Assembly (NCBI GenBank): GCA_964247055.1
Contig: OZ176050.1
Span: 12,338,001-12,402,000 of the forward strand
Length of the DNA stretch: 64,000 nucleotides
Direction of reading: 5' to 3'
DNA from: Paragordius varius
Lineage: Eukaryota; Animalia; Nematomorpha
Shown: positions 51,335 to 64,000 of the stretch, in pieces
Position numbering within the stretch: the first letter of the stretch is position 1
Layout: each line of letters starts with the position of its first letter
Translations under genes and position numbers: made by a program
The notes under the pieces: generated by a model
What the model was told of the DNA's origin: nothing
The model's input: only the letters and a program-made list of their open reading frames with translations
The model's database searches: none

Positions 51335-53575
51335 ATGGCCCAAGTAATTAATCCCAGAAACAGATATTATTGCCATCAATGTATGCGAGAAGTTATACCT
51401 ATAACAGTTAAATCTTTATACATTTTTAGGATTTTACATGTCCGCATTGTCATAGCGGATTCATCGAGGAGTTACCTGAAAATCAGGCGCCAGTAACCTC
51501 TACGATGCAGCAAAATACTGGGAATCATGCAGCACCTCCAATTCTTTTTAATTTGTTTCAAAACTTTTTTCCTCACGCCTCTCATAATGCTCCGTTGCCG
51601 AATGTAACCTCGGTTCCTCACACTTCTACAAATCCTTCCCAAGGTCCCGTACAGATTCGCCATCATTATCCGCCTTTAAGGTTTTAATAAACTATATAAA
51701 ACTGTTTTATACAAATGTCCTAGCTTTTATTTTGGTTAAATTTTTTTTAATCAGTGTGAAATAAATACTTAAAAAATAAAACTATATTATTACACCATTG
51801 GGTATCAAGTTCTACGCCTTTTTTTATTAAACAATGATTATACGCTTACTAAAAATTAAATTTAAACCAAAATAAACCCCACTGTATTATAATATAAGTT
51901 CTAAGGTTTATCCTTGCCTCTGGTTAGGAGTTGTATTGTTTTCAACGATCATAAATGATGTTGTTTTATCATTTTATAATTATTTTTATATATTATTTAA
52001 CCAAATTTTTTAGAACCTCTAATGCACCACCCCCTACGGCAGTTTTTGATTTGGAAGGGTAAATACTTGATTTTATTTTTTAAAAATAATTTTTTGGAAC
52101 TTTTATTAAAAATGTAACTAGTTATTAATTTCAAATTTGTTAATTTTTGGTATTTTTTTCTCATGGTAATTTATTTATATTTTAGTTTATTGCAACAAAT
52201 CTTGAGCTGGGTTGATTCCGATAACACTGTGTTTCGCATGGAACCGGGAGGCGTTGTGTAAGGATTTTTACATAATCTATATACACCATTTACAGTTTAA
52301 ATTCACCCTTAAACAATTCAAATTCACCCTAAAATAATTATGTGTTTTTTTAAAATTAAAAATTACCTATATTTTTTTTATATTTGTATAAAATGAAATT
52401 TCGTTTGAAATTAATATATTACTGGACAAATAATAAACTCTGCCATAAGTATATATTTCTCATTAATGATGAGTTTTAGCCAGAAAACACAAAATTTATT
52501 TTTAGGGTGAATCTGAATTGTTCAAGGGTGGATTTGAATTGTAAATGGTATACATAACAATTTTAAAAAATTACGGTTTTCGGTTAGAAACATTAAGTTG
52601 CGCCTAAGATTGGGTTTTGATCAAAAAATATATACCTACTTGTTTAACCTCTATATTTGCAGTTATTAATGATGATAACCAGTTAATTATTATTACGATC
52701 AGATATATTGTAAAAGTATTAAACAAAATTAACAGTATTATTAGTTTTTAGTGTTAGTTTATAATTATATTTAACAATTTTTAAAATATCCATATACATT
52801 TTTTTATTTATTTTCTTAAGATAGATGAAAAAATGGTTAAATTAAAATGCTGGTAAGATACAACCCTTTTTTTAAAGTTCTATGATATATATTATTCGTC
52901 TTAAAAATTATAAATGGTCCATCAATTATAAAGTGTTTATTTTAAGTTTTAATAATATTTACCGCATAAAATTATCATTTTTTAACAATATATACTTGAA
53001 TCGTAAGTAAAAATATAAAGTTAATTTTACTAAAATAATCCATATATATATGAGTAACATTTATAACTTTTTTTAGCCAAATGTAATATATAAAGTGAAT
53101 TGTTTGAATTTGCCAAAATTTATTTTAATGGCATTAACACATTTTTTAAAAAATTACTATAGTTTTATATATCTATATCTTAATATTTCCACAAAAATAG
53201 CGGATTTATATACAAGAAACCAAAAAATATATTTGCTCCTTTACCCCTCCTACTTTATAATTAAAAACTTTAGATAACTACATAATAACTTAGTACACTG
53301 GTTTCAATCAAGATATATACCATTTACACTTCAAATTCACCCTTAAACGATTCAAATTCACCCTCAAATATTTAAAATTCACTCTAAAATAAATTTTGTT
53401 TTTTTTAAGATTATACCTATTTTTTCATATTTCTAAAAATGAAATTTTGTTTGTAATTAAATAATACTGAAAAAATAATAAACTAAACCATGAGTTATAT
53501 TAGCCCGAAAACACTATTTTTAGGGTTAATTCGAATTGTTTAAGGGTGAATTCGAATTTGTTAAAGTGTGAAAAT

Positions 53576-53621
<46 letters not shown>

Positions 53622-53770
53622 GTGATTAAGTACAAAAAATTATTTGTTTAGGCATTATTTTTCCCACAGTTTATAGCATTATATACTTCATGTGAGAGTT
53701 TACTTTATCGTTTAAATATTTGCATTTTTGGGTGAGCTATATTATACAAGCTTATTTTAATCTTTCTATA

Positions 53771-53817
<47 letters not shown>

Positions 53818-56800
53818 TTTATTGAATACGATTACCCTGGTTCTGGTGGGGCTGGCCGACATTTTCACTCTAATACGACTTCAGGGGGATTCCCTAATAT
53901 CTTTGGTAATGGTTATAACTTATAAAATTAAATTTTTGCAGGAAATTGAGGCAAGCCTTGTTGGTTTGCGAAAATTTGGCTTTAAGACTTGAATTATTAA
54001 ATTGGTGTTTACTATAAAATAATCTACTAACAGGTTTGGGGGTGTTCCCATAAATTATTGATTTAACTTTTTATATGATATACGTTATAAAGTATTCAAT
54101 CCAATAGTTATTTAATTTAAAGCAATCTTTACCAATCAATTTGTCTGAAACAAAAAGGGCGTTTAGGAATTATTTTTAAAATGAGAGCTATATTATAAAG
54201 TGTGAGATGAAAAACACATACTTTTGTCTCTTTGCATTATAAATTTTGATTTGAGTTACTTTAGTATAAGATAAAAAAATTTTGTTTAAAATATATATTA
54301 AAATAAATGATATATAAATTATAATAGGCAGGCACGTCCAATTTAGTCCCATATTTTTTATTATAACCTTATACATAATTATAAAACATAATTATTGCTA
54401 CTACAAATTATAAATTTTTTAATTCCATTTTAACTTTTATTCTTGACAAATAATTTTTTTTCGTGTTGAATATTTAGGTAACCTTAGAGACTATGCCTGG
54501 GGTCCCGGGGCCCTTGAAGCCATTATGGAACAGCTGTTCAATCAAATTGAGGGTCAGGGAGTGCCCCCTTCCTCTCCTCAGACGATTGATAAACTGCCAA
54601 CAGCTGTTATCGATGAATATGATATAAGTTTGATTATTGATTAATTTCTTTATTTTTTTGTAAGAAAAGAAATGCGGATAAAATATTAAAGGTAAAATTA
54701 TAAAGACAATCAAAACATAAAAAATGAAAAATTGTTAATTTATTAACCATCTATGTTTTTACAACCCTATTTTTTTATATAAATTATATATTAAAGTTTG
54801 TGAAAAATAGTATTAAGGTGTGTATTTGCTTTAAGTTCAAGTCATCGTAATATCGATTAAATAAAAGTATTACGGTTTTAAAATAATATTTTTGCAAAAA
54901 ATGTTAGTCTTTGACTTAATGTTTTCTGTGTTTATTATAAGTTTTCATTGTGTTTTTCTCAGGAGGGTTTCCGTTCAATAGCTTTTTTTAAATTATTATT
55001 AAACATAATAATTATTACTTTTACATTAATTTATTTAAATGTCTTAGAACAAGAATTACAATGTTCCGTTTGCATGGAATATTTTAAGATAAAGGAAAAA
55101 GTTAAGGCTCTCCCCTGCGAACATTTATTCCATAAGGATTGCATTATACCATGGCTAAATTTGGTAATTTTTTTATTTATATTATACGGTTGTTGTATGT
55201 TAATATTAATTTATTCGTGGCAAACAATACTAAAATTGATTTAAAATATGATATGTAATGTATAATATTTTACAGGTTTAATAATTAATTTTCAAAATCA
55301 ATAACTTTTTGTTTTAATTTTAAGAATGACCGATTGACTGTCGATATTTGCGACATTTTAATTAATTTTTTTTTGTTGTTTTAAAAAAGACATATTTACC
55401 CTTAATTAATGACCCTTAACATCAACATCATATAAAACGTTCATTTTGAGGCTTTCTAATACAAAAACTATTTTACGCTATATATACGCAACTTTTTGTT
55501 TTGGTTTTACACATTGATAATAACTTTTTAAGCATGGAACATGTCCTATTTGCCGTAAACCTGTCGGTCCTGAATCTAAAACGTCTGATGAACAAACTCA
55601 ACCCTTAAACATACCTTCAACACTTTCGAATTCAAATGCTTCAAATGTTTCATCTAACAATGCAATGGGTGGGCGATCTAACAGTGCAACTCCTAGAGTA
55701 CAAATCCCATTGTACCCTAGAATAAATACTAATAGGTTATTTTATCATTTTTTTTATATTTTTTTTTCAATTCGATGAGTTTTAATTAAGTAAATTTGGT
55801 AAAGTCATGTTTCAACAGTGTTAATTATAAGTAACTCGCTTGATTTTGGAAAAAAATGCTTTAAGTTAGTTGAAATATAAATAATAATTATTGTCCTTGA
55901 CACAGCCATAAAGCTTTTGGTTAAGTTTACATTTTTAAAAAAGGAAAAATGAGACTTTTAACTATATACGGTAAAAATTGAAATTATAAGGACAAAACGT
56001 AAAAATATTGAGACAAATATTAAAAGACAACCACCATACTTTTTGAATCTTAATTTTTATAATGAGAACTCATTGTTTCAAACTATAAAGTAGGAAATTA
56101 TGTAAATTCACAAGCAATTTATATAGTATACGATTGTAATTAAATTATTTTTATAGGATAAATTAAGGTTTAAAAAGTACCATTGCCTTTTAGAAAAAAA
56201 TCTGTTTTTATATTTTTGCTTAATGTCCATATAATTTGAATTTTTACTGTAATTACTTTCAGGCATCCCACGCCATATCATAGATCATTTAGCATGCAAA
56301 CTGGTCCGTCCAACACCACTTATAATAATAATATTCAACCATCAAGGTTTACATCAGATGCTCCCTTTACTCGATATCGGTTTTTTCTTTTCTCATTTTT
56401 TTGTAAATAATTAGAAAAAATTATATTTTTTGGAATGAAGAATGGCAGTTTTTTTCATTTAAGATAAAATGTGAAGAACTTACATTTTAAAACAAGTTAT
56501 TATACCAATTCAAAAAAATCAAATATTATTTTGACACAAATATCATTAGATGCTAAATATTTAGATTTTTATATGATGAACTTAATGTATAAAACCTTTG
56601 ATAATGGAAATTTTGAAAATGTATATTAATTTTTTTGCCAAAATGAAAAAAGTTTTTTATATTTTAATTGTTATTAAGCGAAAAAAAATCCATTTTATGC
56701 CTATTAACAAGTATTATTACCCATTAACTTGATAACAAACAAAATTAATTTTCACAAAAAGCAGTAAAAGATAACATTTTGCACAAAAATATCCGCACAC

Positions 56801-59120
56801 AAATGCTTAAACATATAGATATATATTTTTTTATTTAAAATTTTTATTTCTTATACACTCTCGTTTAATATCAAGATATTATTACAATGTCAATCCACCA
56901 CCACCACCCCAACAAGGTAATGCATTGCAAAATGCAAATCAATCATCTCCGCATCAAAACAACACTACGCGTGAAAATAATTCCTCCGTTAGACCAGGTT
57001 TACATCATCATATACTTCCCTCGTATGTCAGGCGTTTTTCTGATGGTATCAATACTAATCAACATGGACGCGCCCCTAATGGTAATAACTGCAGTTTAAA
57101 GTTAATTATATCATTAGAGTGCTACAAAAAAAATTTTTTCTTCTAAAAATTAATTTTTAAGATTATTAATATAACCATAGTTTTCATTTTAAAAATTACA
57201 TAATGGCATATATTTTATCGATACCAATCAACATAGACTCGTCCCTAATGGTAATAACTGCAGTTTAAAGTTAATTTATATCATTAGAGTGCTACAAAAT
57301 CCTTTTTTTGCTAAAAATTAATTTATAAACCTACTAATATAACTATAGTTTTCATTTTAACAATTTAATAATGGCATATATTTCTTGGCTCCTTTTCATA
57401 ACGCTCAAAACTATAAATTAGGCCATTCTCATACTTTCGGTTTATAGATTCATATTATTGTTGACTCCTACATATAAAATCTTATTATTTTAATTTTTAC
57501 CATAATAAAATTATGTATAGATTTAAATAAATATAAGTTTTAAATTAAATGGTATGGTATGATTTTGGATTTTTACCTTTAAATCCTTCTTTCTCAATGA
57601 AGACATCTTGTGATTTCTAATTCATGGTTTCTTTTATACTGCTAAAAATTAACCGCAAAAGTTCTTTTCTTTGCATATTTTGTTCTTTCAAATACCAACA
57701 ACTTTATTGTAATTTGAGAAAAATTGAGATTTTTATTTTTTTTTTCCCCCGTCATTTTATAAATCATTTTGTCGCGCGATAAAATAGAAGAAGAATTTTC
57801 TCCTGATTCAAATTATAACCATCATCAGCATCATACATCTCAATCTATTCCGGTTCCCATTATTCGAACTAATGAGTTTGAACGATCAAATCATAATGAT
57901 ATTAGTAGACCTGTTAGACCACCTCCACCCTCCTTTTTAAGTAACGCGAATCAAGGTAATACACGTAATGAACCAACTTCTTTTGTTGTTCCTCCTTTAA
58001 GAAATCTGGAGAGCAGCAGCATTCACAATAATAATCCACAACACCAACATCATCGTAGACCAGTTCAATCAGGTACGTTGTCGACTTACTTTTGAATCTG
58101 GTCATAAACAAATAAGGGAATTAAAATGAAATTAGTTAAATTGAGAAATTAAACCTTAAAAAAGTTGAGCAGTATTGTGTATGTGTTGGTGGTGTGGTGA
58201 TATCTAGCAGCGAATATATATAGATATATAGATTGCATGATGATATTTATGAGGTAAATTGAGTGGATAGAAATATTGTTGCAAAACTTAAATTATTCCA
58301 TAAATATAACTATAATACCTCTTGCATATAAAATTGTAAATTTTATGTAAATACTTTATAATTCAGAACCAGTTCAATCGACCAATCAAGACTCTAAAAA
58401 TAATCCTAATAACGTTACACAAAATGTAACTAAAAGTAATGAAAATCCTGTTTCAAAAAGTGTCAGGCCTCGAAACGAAAGCACTGGCTCTGAATCGCAT
58501 AAAGCCACTTCCTCATTAAACTTTTCAACAGAAAATGTGACCACAAATCCCAACAAACCCGATGACAATAAAAATTCCGGTAAGCGATTTAAACTCATGG
58601 ACTTGGATATTGATTAAGAGATGCCTCTGCATTTGAACACTGCCTTTTATTTCATTGTGGGCGTGGCTGTAATCTAATGCAAGGAAATTGAGCACAATTT
58701 TATATGGACTGATCTTTCTTTTGATTTGTAACAGATTGATACTTTGTGTGATACTATTATATACCCCAAACCTTTTTTAAATTAAAATAAGATTTAACAC
58801 TTTTTTTAAATTAAGATAGCAAAGTCTTAGCTATACCCGCTACATTCTATGTATCATCATGCAATCTATTATTATATACATACCATCATTGCACACTATA
58901 ACCATACATGCTTGCTTATTAATATTTGGACTTTTTAATTTGCTGTTTTTAAACCGTTTTTTTCTTCAAATTATAGTTTTTTATGATATACTTATGAATT
59001 TAATAGTACCAAATGATTTGAAAAATAATGCATTATTTTTACATTTGAGAATGTTTGCTAAATTTTCATTTTTTTTGTTTTTTCTTTATAGATTGGTTTC
59101 ACTGGCGATGGCCCTGGTAA
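51335..59120 (+). CDS. RNF115/RNF126: RING-H2 E3 ubiquitin ligase of the RNF115/RNF126 family, ~615 aa, 13 exons
   Basis: Exons 51335-51406, 51430-51680, 52014-52058, 52186-52257, 53817-53905, 54478-54627, 55048-55163, 55533-55735, 56263-56379, 56876-57081, 57788-58072, 58367-58579, 59092-59120 (1848 nt). N-terminal zinc finger RYYCHQC...[15 protein letters not shown]; GNLRDYAWG motif; [12 protein letters not shown]...[26 protein letters not shown]. The last exon is less certain (alternative stop at 58617). Confidence 0.88.
52286..52548. mobile_element. MITE family B
   Basis: CCATTTACAGTTTAAATTCACCC ... GGATTTGAATTGTAAATGG|TA. Confidence 0.8.
53320..53577. mobile_element. MITE family B
   Basis: TA|CCATTTACACTTCAAATTCACCC ... 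AAAATGG|TA followed by (TA)n. Confidence 0.8.
53777..53815. repeat. (AT)n microsatellite; similar runs near 1888-1915, 35110-35138, 35869-35912, 49427-49441 and 53578-53617
   Basis: Direct inspection. Confidence 0.95.
55969..56249. mobile_element. MITE family A in an RNF intron
   Basis: TA|CGGTAAAAATTGAAATTATAAGGACAAAACG ... TATAATTTGAATTTTTACTG|TA. Confidence 0.85.
57051..57380. repeat. Diverged ~169-bp tandem duplication spanning an exon end and splice donor
   Basis: aatactaatcaacatggacgcgcccctaatggtaataactgcag... repeated as gataccaatcaacatagactcgtccctaatggtaataactgcag.... Confidence 0.85.
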
Positions 59121-60360
59121 AATAATATAATATCAATACCTCATATATAAATACAATTTTCACATTCAAACACCCCGATCTAATTGATATTTCATTATTT
59201 TATATAAACAATTTTATTTTTCTGTAATTCAACAATTTGGCAATTGGTGAAGTTTTTACGACATATTTAACACAATAAAATTAATATTTAATTTTAATTT
59301 TTGGCGACCGTTATTCTGTAAATACTAAATATTTATATACATATCGAATATTGGCATCATCGGTTAATATTTATATAAATATTGTAAGAAAAATGCAATA
59401 AATTATTTTATTGAATACATCAAGTGATCTAAATCCTAGGATTTTATCTGCACAACAACCGACTTTAGTAATTCCAGTGGCGAGTGTTAGTTTATGTTTT
59501 AATTTTTTATCTTTTATATAGAAAAATGTGGTAGATTTTCACGGTGAAATGTATTTAAAATGACAGAAAAATTCGAATATTAATTAAACTTTGGATATTT
59601 TAAGAATTATGTTTTTGCGTATAGTTGTTTTATAATTCATTTTAGGTTTATTCCACTCCTAAATTATATATTTTTTCTTTCAATTCTAGTTTAATTTTTT
59701 TAAGAAAGCCGTTACGGGGGTAAAAAATATGTTCCCCTTTCATTTTATTTGATAAGTGGTTTAATAATGAGATACAATAGTTAAAAAACAACATTTATTT
59801 CATTATGAGAATAAAGGTAATTTTAGCGGGTTCGCGACATTGATAATTTGAAACTCTAGGTTAGCCATTCCTAATGTAGATGATATAGGCTTAACAGTTT
59901 AATTGTAAAAATTTCTTTGGATTTCTAAAAACTAGCCAGTTAATATCGTTTTGTAATCGTTTATTTTTAAATAGCTATTAACAATAAGCAGTTTTCCACC
60001 AAGTAGTATACGTTATTTTTCAAACTCTTAAATTGGAATATTTGTAAATTAATTAGACTTTTTTAAAAAATTTTAAGAGTGCCCTCACCGCAATCATTTT
60101 TTTTTTGATTTTAATCCCAAGATCGAATTTCTCATCTGTCATCTAATATACTAATTTATATTTCTCAATTTTTAATAATAACACTCCAAACAATTAATAA
60201 AATAAACTTACATACAACTTAACTACTGAAAAAGGATTATATTTAATAGATAAATACAAAGAGTAGCATCTTCCTCTTACCTCGGCCCTAAAATTTATTT
60301 TTATTTAATTTAAAACATAACTACCAAGTTTTCGATTCTGGTTAGGGCCGTAGATCATTC

Positions 60361-60783
60361 CAGGCCTGTCAAAATCAAATTTTCATGAAATAGCAAAAAT
60401 TGATAGAATACACCCAAATATGAAAATATTCATCCAAAACGATTTAATTTTCTTTTTTATGGTTTAAACCAGGAGAATCGCCCGCTGGCTACATGCGGCC
60501 CCGAGATCTTATGTGCGGTTCGAGCAAAATTCTGAAATCCATAATTTGCAAAAATATGCTCACAAAATCTTAGTAAAATTAATATTTTTTAAACAATTTA
60601 TTTAAATAAGTCTACCCAATTGGCAAGAACTAGAAAAAATGTTATATTGTGTTTGCATTTAACAGTCTTATATTTGGAATCTAATAAATTATTTATGAAT
60701 GCCCAAGTAAAATTCAAATGCGACCCGCCAGTTTTTATAGGAAAAAATGGGGCCCACGAAGCTATTTAAGTTGGACACACCTG
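60361..60783. mobile_element. hAT-type MITE
   Basis: CAGGCCTGTCAAA ... TTGGACACACCTG ends with typical gcggccc-like subterminal motifs; no TSD seen. Confidence 0.55.
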
Positions 60784-62229
60784 GTGTAAGCTGAAGCAAA
60801 ATTTAGACTGTAATGAGTGCATAAAATTAAATTATTACTAATTTAACCATTTTTACTGTCCTAACTATTATTTTTACTCGATATAACTTTAACATTAATT
60901 AAAATATAAAAAACACTATTTTTTAAAAAAATAAAATTAGAAATAAAATGGCCGCGCAATTGTTTGATATGCTTTCACTGGAATTCATTAAAAATATTTT
61001 ATCTCAGTTAAAATTTATTAGATTGGAATAATGAAATTAAATTAAACTGTCCCTATTAGTTGTTTTTAATATTATCAAATAAAATAGGTATGGGTTATCC
61101 ACGCTCCCCATTTTTTTATTAAAATTTTAAGATTTTAATTTTATCAAAGAAGGTATTTTAAGTCTCATAAAAAGAACGCTAAAAATTTTTTTTATCATAC
61201 ATTATTAAAAAATAGTTTTTTTAGCATACTACGCCAAAAAATATCTGATAGCCAATTTTTTTCAGGTTTGCTTTGGGAAACGGTTATTTTCTTTATATAC
61301 TCTAATCTCCATCTATAAAAGTCAAAATTAAAATATTTTTAATCAAATTTAATCAATAAATATTGGAAAAATTATGTCAGCACAAGAAAACTAATCACGA
61401 TTAAACTTTATGAATGACTTCAAAGAAATTTTGATGGTGAATCTTGTTTAAAAATTATTTTTTCAGAGACTTAGAGAGTTCCATTTATATTGATTTATCT
61501 AGGTGAGTTTTATTTTATAAATTTCTAATGTTTTGAGTCAAACTTAACATGCAAAAAATAATTTTGTGTCATAGTCTATTTATAAAAAAACCTACCGTTT
61601 AAATAACTCTAGGTTTGTGAAAATAATAATCCTCCCATTTTCATATTTTTAAGATTTGAAAACGATAGCGGGAAATTTAATCTCCGTACAAAATAGCCAA
61701 ACAAATGCACTGTTCTTTTATTAAGCAACTTTTTTGTTTTAATTCTAAATTTTAATCCCTTGCCAAGGCTGTATAAAAGTGTCCGCTTATAATTAAAATG
61801 AAAATAATGGGACAACTAGTTTTTGTTAAACAAAGTTACTTAAGTTTTTTATTAAACTATTGTGGACGATGTTTTTTGATTATATATTGCAGAGAAGCCT
61901 TATATTATCTAACATCCTCATATTAGATGTTTTTGATATAATAAAAAATATCAAGATTTTAACATTACAGCTTTCCATTATTTCTTCTTGAAGGGTATGG
62001 CGTACCGAGAGAAGAGGGGGAACATAATTTACGGTCGCTTCATTGAGGCCACGAGTAATTTTGAATAAAAGTTTTGGTAACATACGCCTTTATCATGTGT
62101 ATTCATAAGTTCTAACCGGTTTAATTAATTAGACCTCTGCGAAAAGTAAGCAGAAGATTAATTTGATACAGGACCCATTTTGTTGATCTTACAATACACC
62201 CAAAATTTGATTTACCAAAAACTAGGTCT

Positions 62230-62535
62230 TACTTTTATCATTAAGCGGAAAGACAACATTTTAAGCATTTATTGCAATCAAGAAAGTGATGCTGTTGTAA
62301 GTTATGTATGTTAGTAGAACGTATGGTGAACATGCTTTATCAATTAACACCTGTCAAACATGGTTTTGAATATTAATGAAATCATATGAAAGAGTGTGAT
62401 TGCTGTGGTAGACCGCGCCACTGCAAAACAATTAAATGCAAGAGCTTTTGGATAATGACACAACTGAAACTCAACAACAATTGGCAGAAACACAAAGGTA
62501 TCCGGAATGAATCATAAAACATGGCAAAGTGATTT
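62230..62535 (+). pseudogene. Mariner (Mos1-like) transposase N-terminal fragment
   Basis: Frameshifted TYGEHALSINTCQTWF*, GRPR and QELLDNDTTETQQQLAE resemble the mariner HTH region. Confidence 0.7.
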
Positions 62536-63385
62536 TGAAAATGATTATGCTTTGTCTCAAACAGTAAAATTAGATACACCTTAAAATCAATAGCTAATTT
62601 TTCCTCATCCGATGAACTCTCCTGACCTGATGCCACCTGACTTATTTCATGAATCAAGACCTTTGCAAAGTAGCTACTAATATCGAAGGCATTGTAATAA
62701 TGGTTTTCTACATGAGAAAATCAATTTTTCTGGCACGGCGCTGAGGGATAGGCAAAATGTTTAGAAGCTGATAGACAATGTTTGAATAATATAAATTGAT
62801 TTCCTTTCAAAATTAAATTTTTTTTCACAAAAAATCGCTTATGAATACACCTGGTAGGCAAATAAATATTTTTTAATCTATCGTTTAAAACTGTATCAAA
62901 TGACTTTTCGAATTTGGCTGTTTTTGGCCAATTTATAAATTTTAACTAATTTGGCGCTTAATTTTTAAAAATATAAAATGTTTCAAAAAATCTACAAAAA
63001 ATAAACTTCAATAACTAATTCTAATTTTTTTAAAGCTATAAGATCAAAAGTCTTTTTAATCCCTCTAAGCTAGAAAGAATCATAAATTGCCAAATTTTAG
63101 TTTTGTTTCAAATAAACATCATATCAAATTAATTTAAACTTTGATATAAGCCTACTTTATCATGAGATCAACTTTCCAGCCAAAAAAAACTATAAGACAA
63201 ATAATTTTTTATAAGCCAACCATATTTTTTAAACTTGACTAACCCTTTTTAGATTGCAATACCTTGAGAGAAATTTTGGGATATGTTTTTTATTAAGTAC
63301 CAGACTTTCAAATATGAAACAAAATATTAAGCCATAATGTTTTTAGGTTACATTGTTTGTTGCAAATATTGTATTATTTAAACTT

Positions 63386-63649
63386 ACAGGGGTGAATTTA
63401 CCTGAAATGTATTTATACGGACAAAATCTAAAAATATAAAGACAAATATTTATCTAAAAGACAACCATACTTTTTAAAACTTTAATCTTTAAAATTTAAT
63501 ATTTATGTTATTGATATTATATCTATTTCAGACTTTACCACTTTAAACAATGAGTTATATTGAAATAAATCAAGAATTTGGTTGTCTTTTAGAAAAAAAT
63601 ATTTGTCTTTCTTATTTGCGTTTTGTCCGTATAATTTCAGTTTTTATTG
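63386..63649. mobile_element. MITE family A
   Basis: TTATACGGACAAAATC near the left end, ggttgtctttt internally, TTTTGTCCGTATAATTTCAGTTTTTATTG|TA at the right end. Confidence 0.75.
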
Positions 63650-64000
63650 TAACATTCTTTAATGAAGCCTAAAATTTCAGATGGCTATCAAGTTTATTAT
63701 GAAGACCATTAAAATTATAAAAAATATAAGAAAAACGGATGTATATTAAATTTTCAATATTATTGCCGTGTATGTAATCAAGTTTTGAAATGTTTTATAA
63801 AAATTAATGCTGAGAAATAGAGATACTTAAACAAATCTAATCTCTCATCCATTCCTTACTGAATTTAATTAAAAATTTTATGAATCTGGGAAAATAGAAA
63901 AAATTAAGGATAAGCACCAACATTTTTGCCAAAAAATTACGAAATTCAATTATTATTATATATTATATATAATTTATTTATGTTCGTTCGATAAATTATA

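Overview
Very AT-rich eukaryotic (animal-like) genomic DNA with GT-AG introns. No rRNA, tRNA or CRISPR was seen. Three multi-exon genes can be assembled by hand with consistent splice phases. (1) A 28-exon, ~2,605-aa type I membrane receptor (13919-42672, +): signal peptide, about three YWTD beta-propeller/EGF units, five sushi/CCP modules, an ephrin-receptor-like Cys-rich module, a TM helix and a tail; no LDL class A repeats were found. (2) A 4-exon, 275-aa GPI-anchored Ly6/three-finger protein with Met-rich inserts (46180-47918, -). (3) A 13-exon RNF115/RNF126-like RING-H2 E3 ligase (51335-59120, +) whose first intron appears to be only 23 nt. There is also an orphan 327-aa ORF and many DNA transposon relics: Tc1/IS630, mariner, hAT, PIF/Harbinger, Helitron, two MITE families and an RTE LINE fragment. 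Main observation: two copies of a ~270-bp TA-flanked MITE sit inside coding sequence of the receptor gene and appear to have become spliceosomal introns, using a donor inside the TIR (CA|GT) and a host AG as acceptor. A 4.6-kb foldback Tc1/IS630-like element with matching termini lies in another intron of the same gene and is the candidate mobiliser. All exon models are inferred from sequence alone; no expression data or database searches were available.
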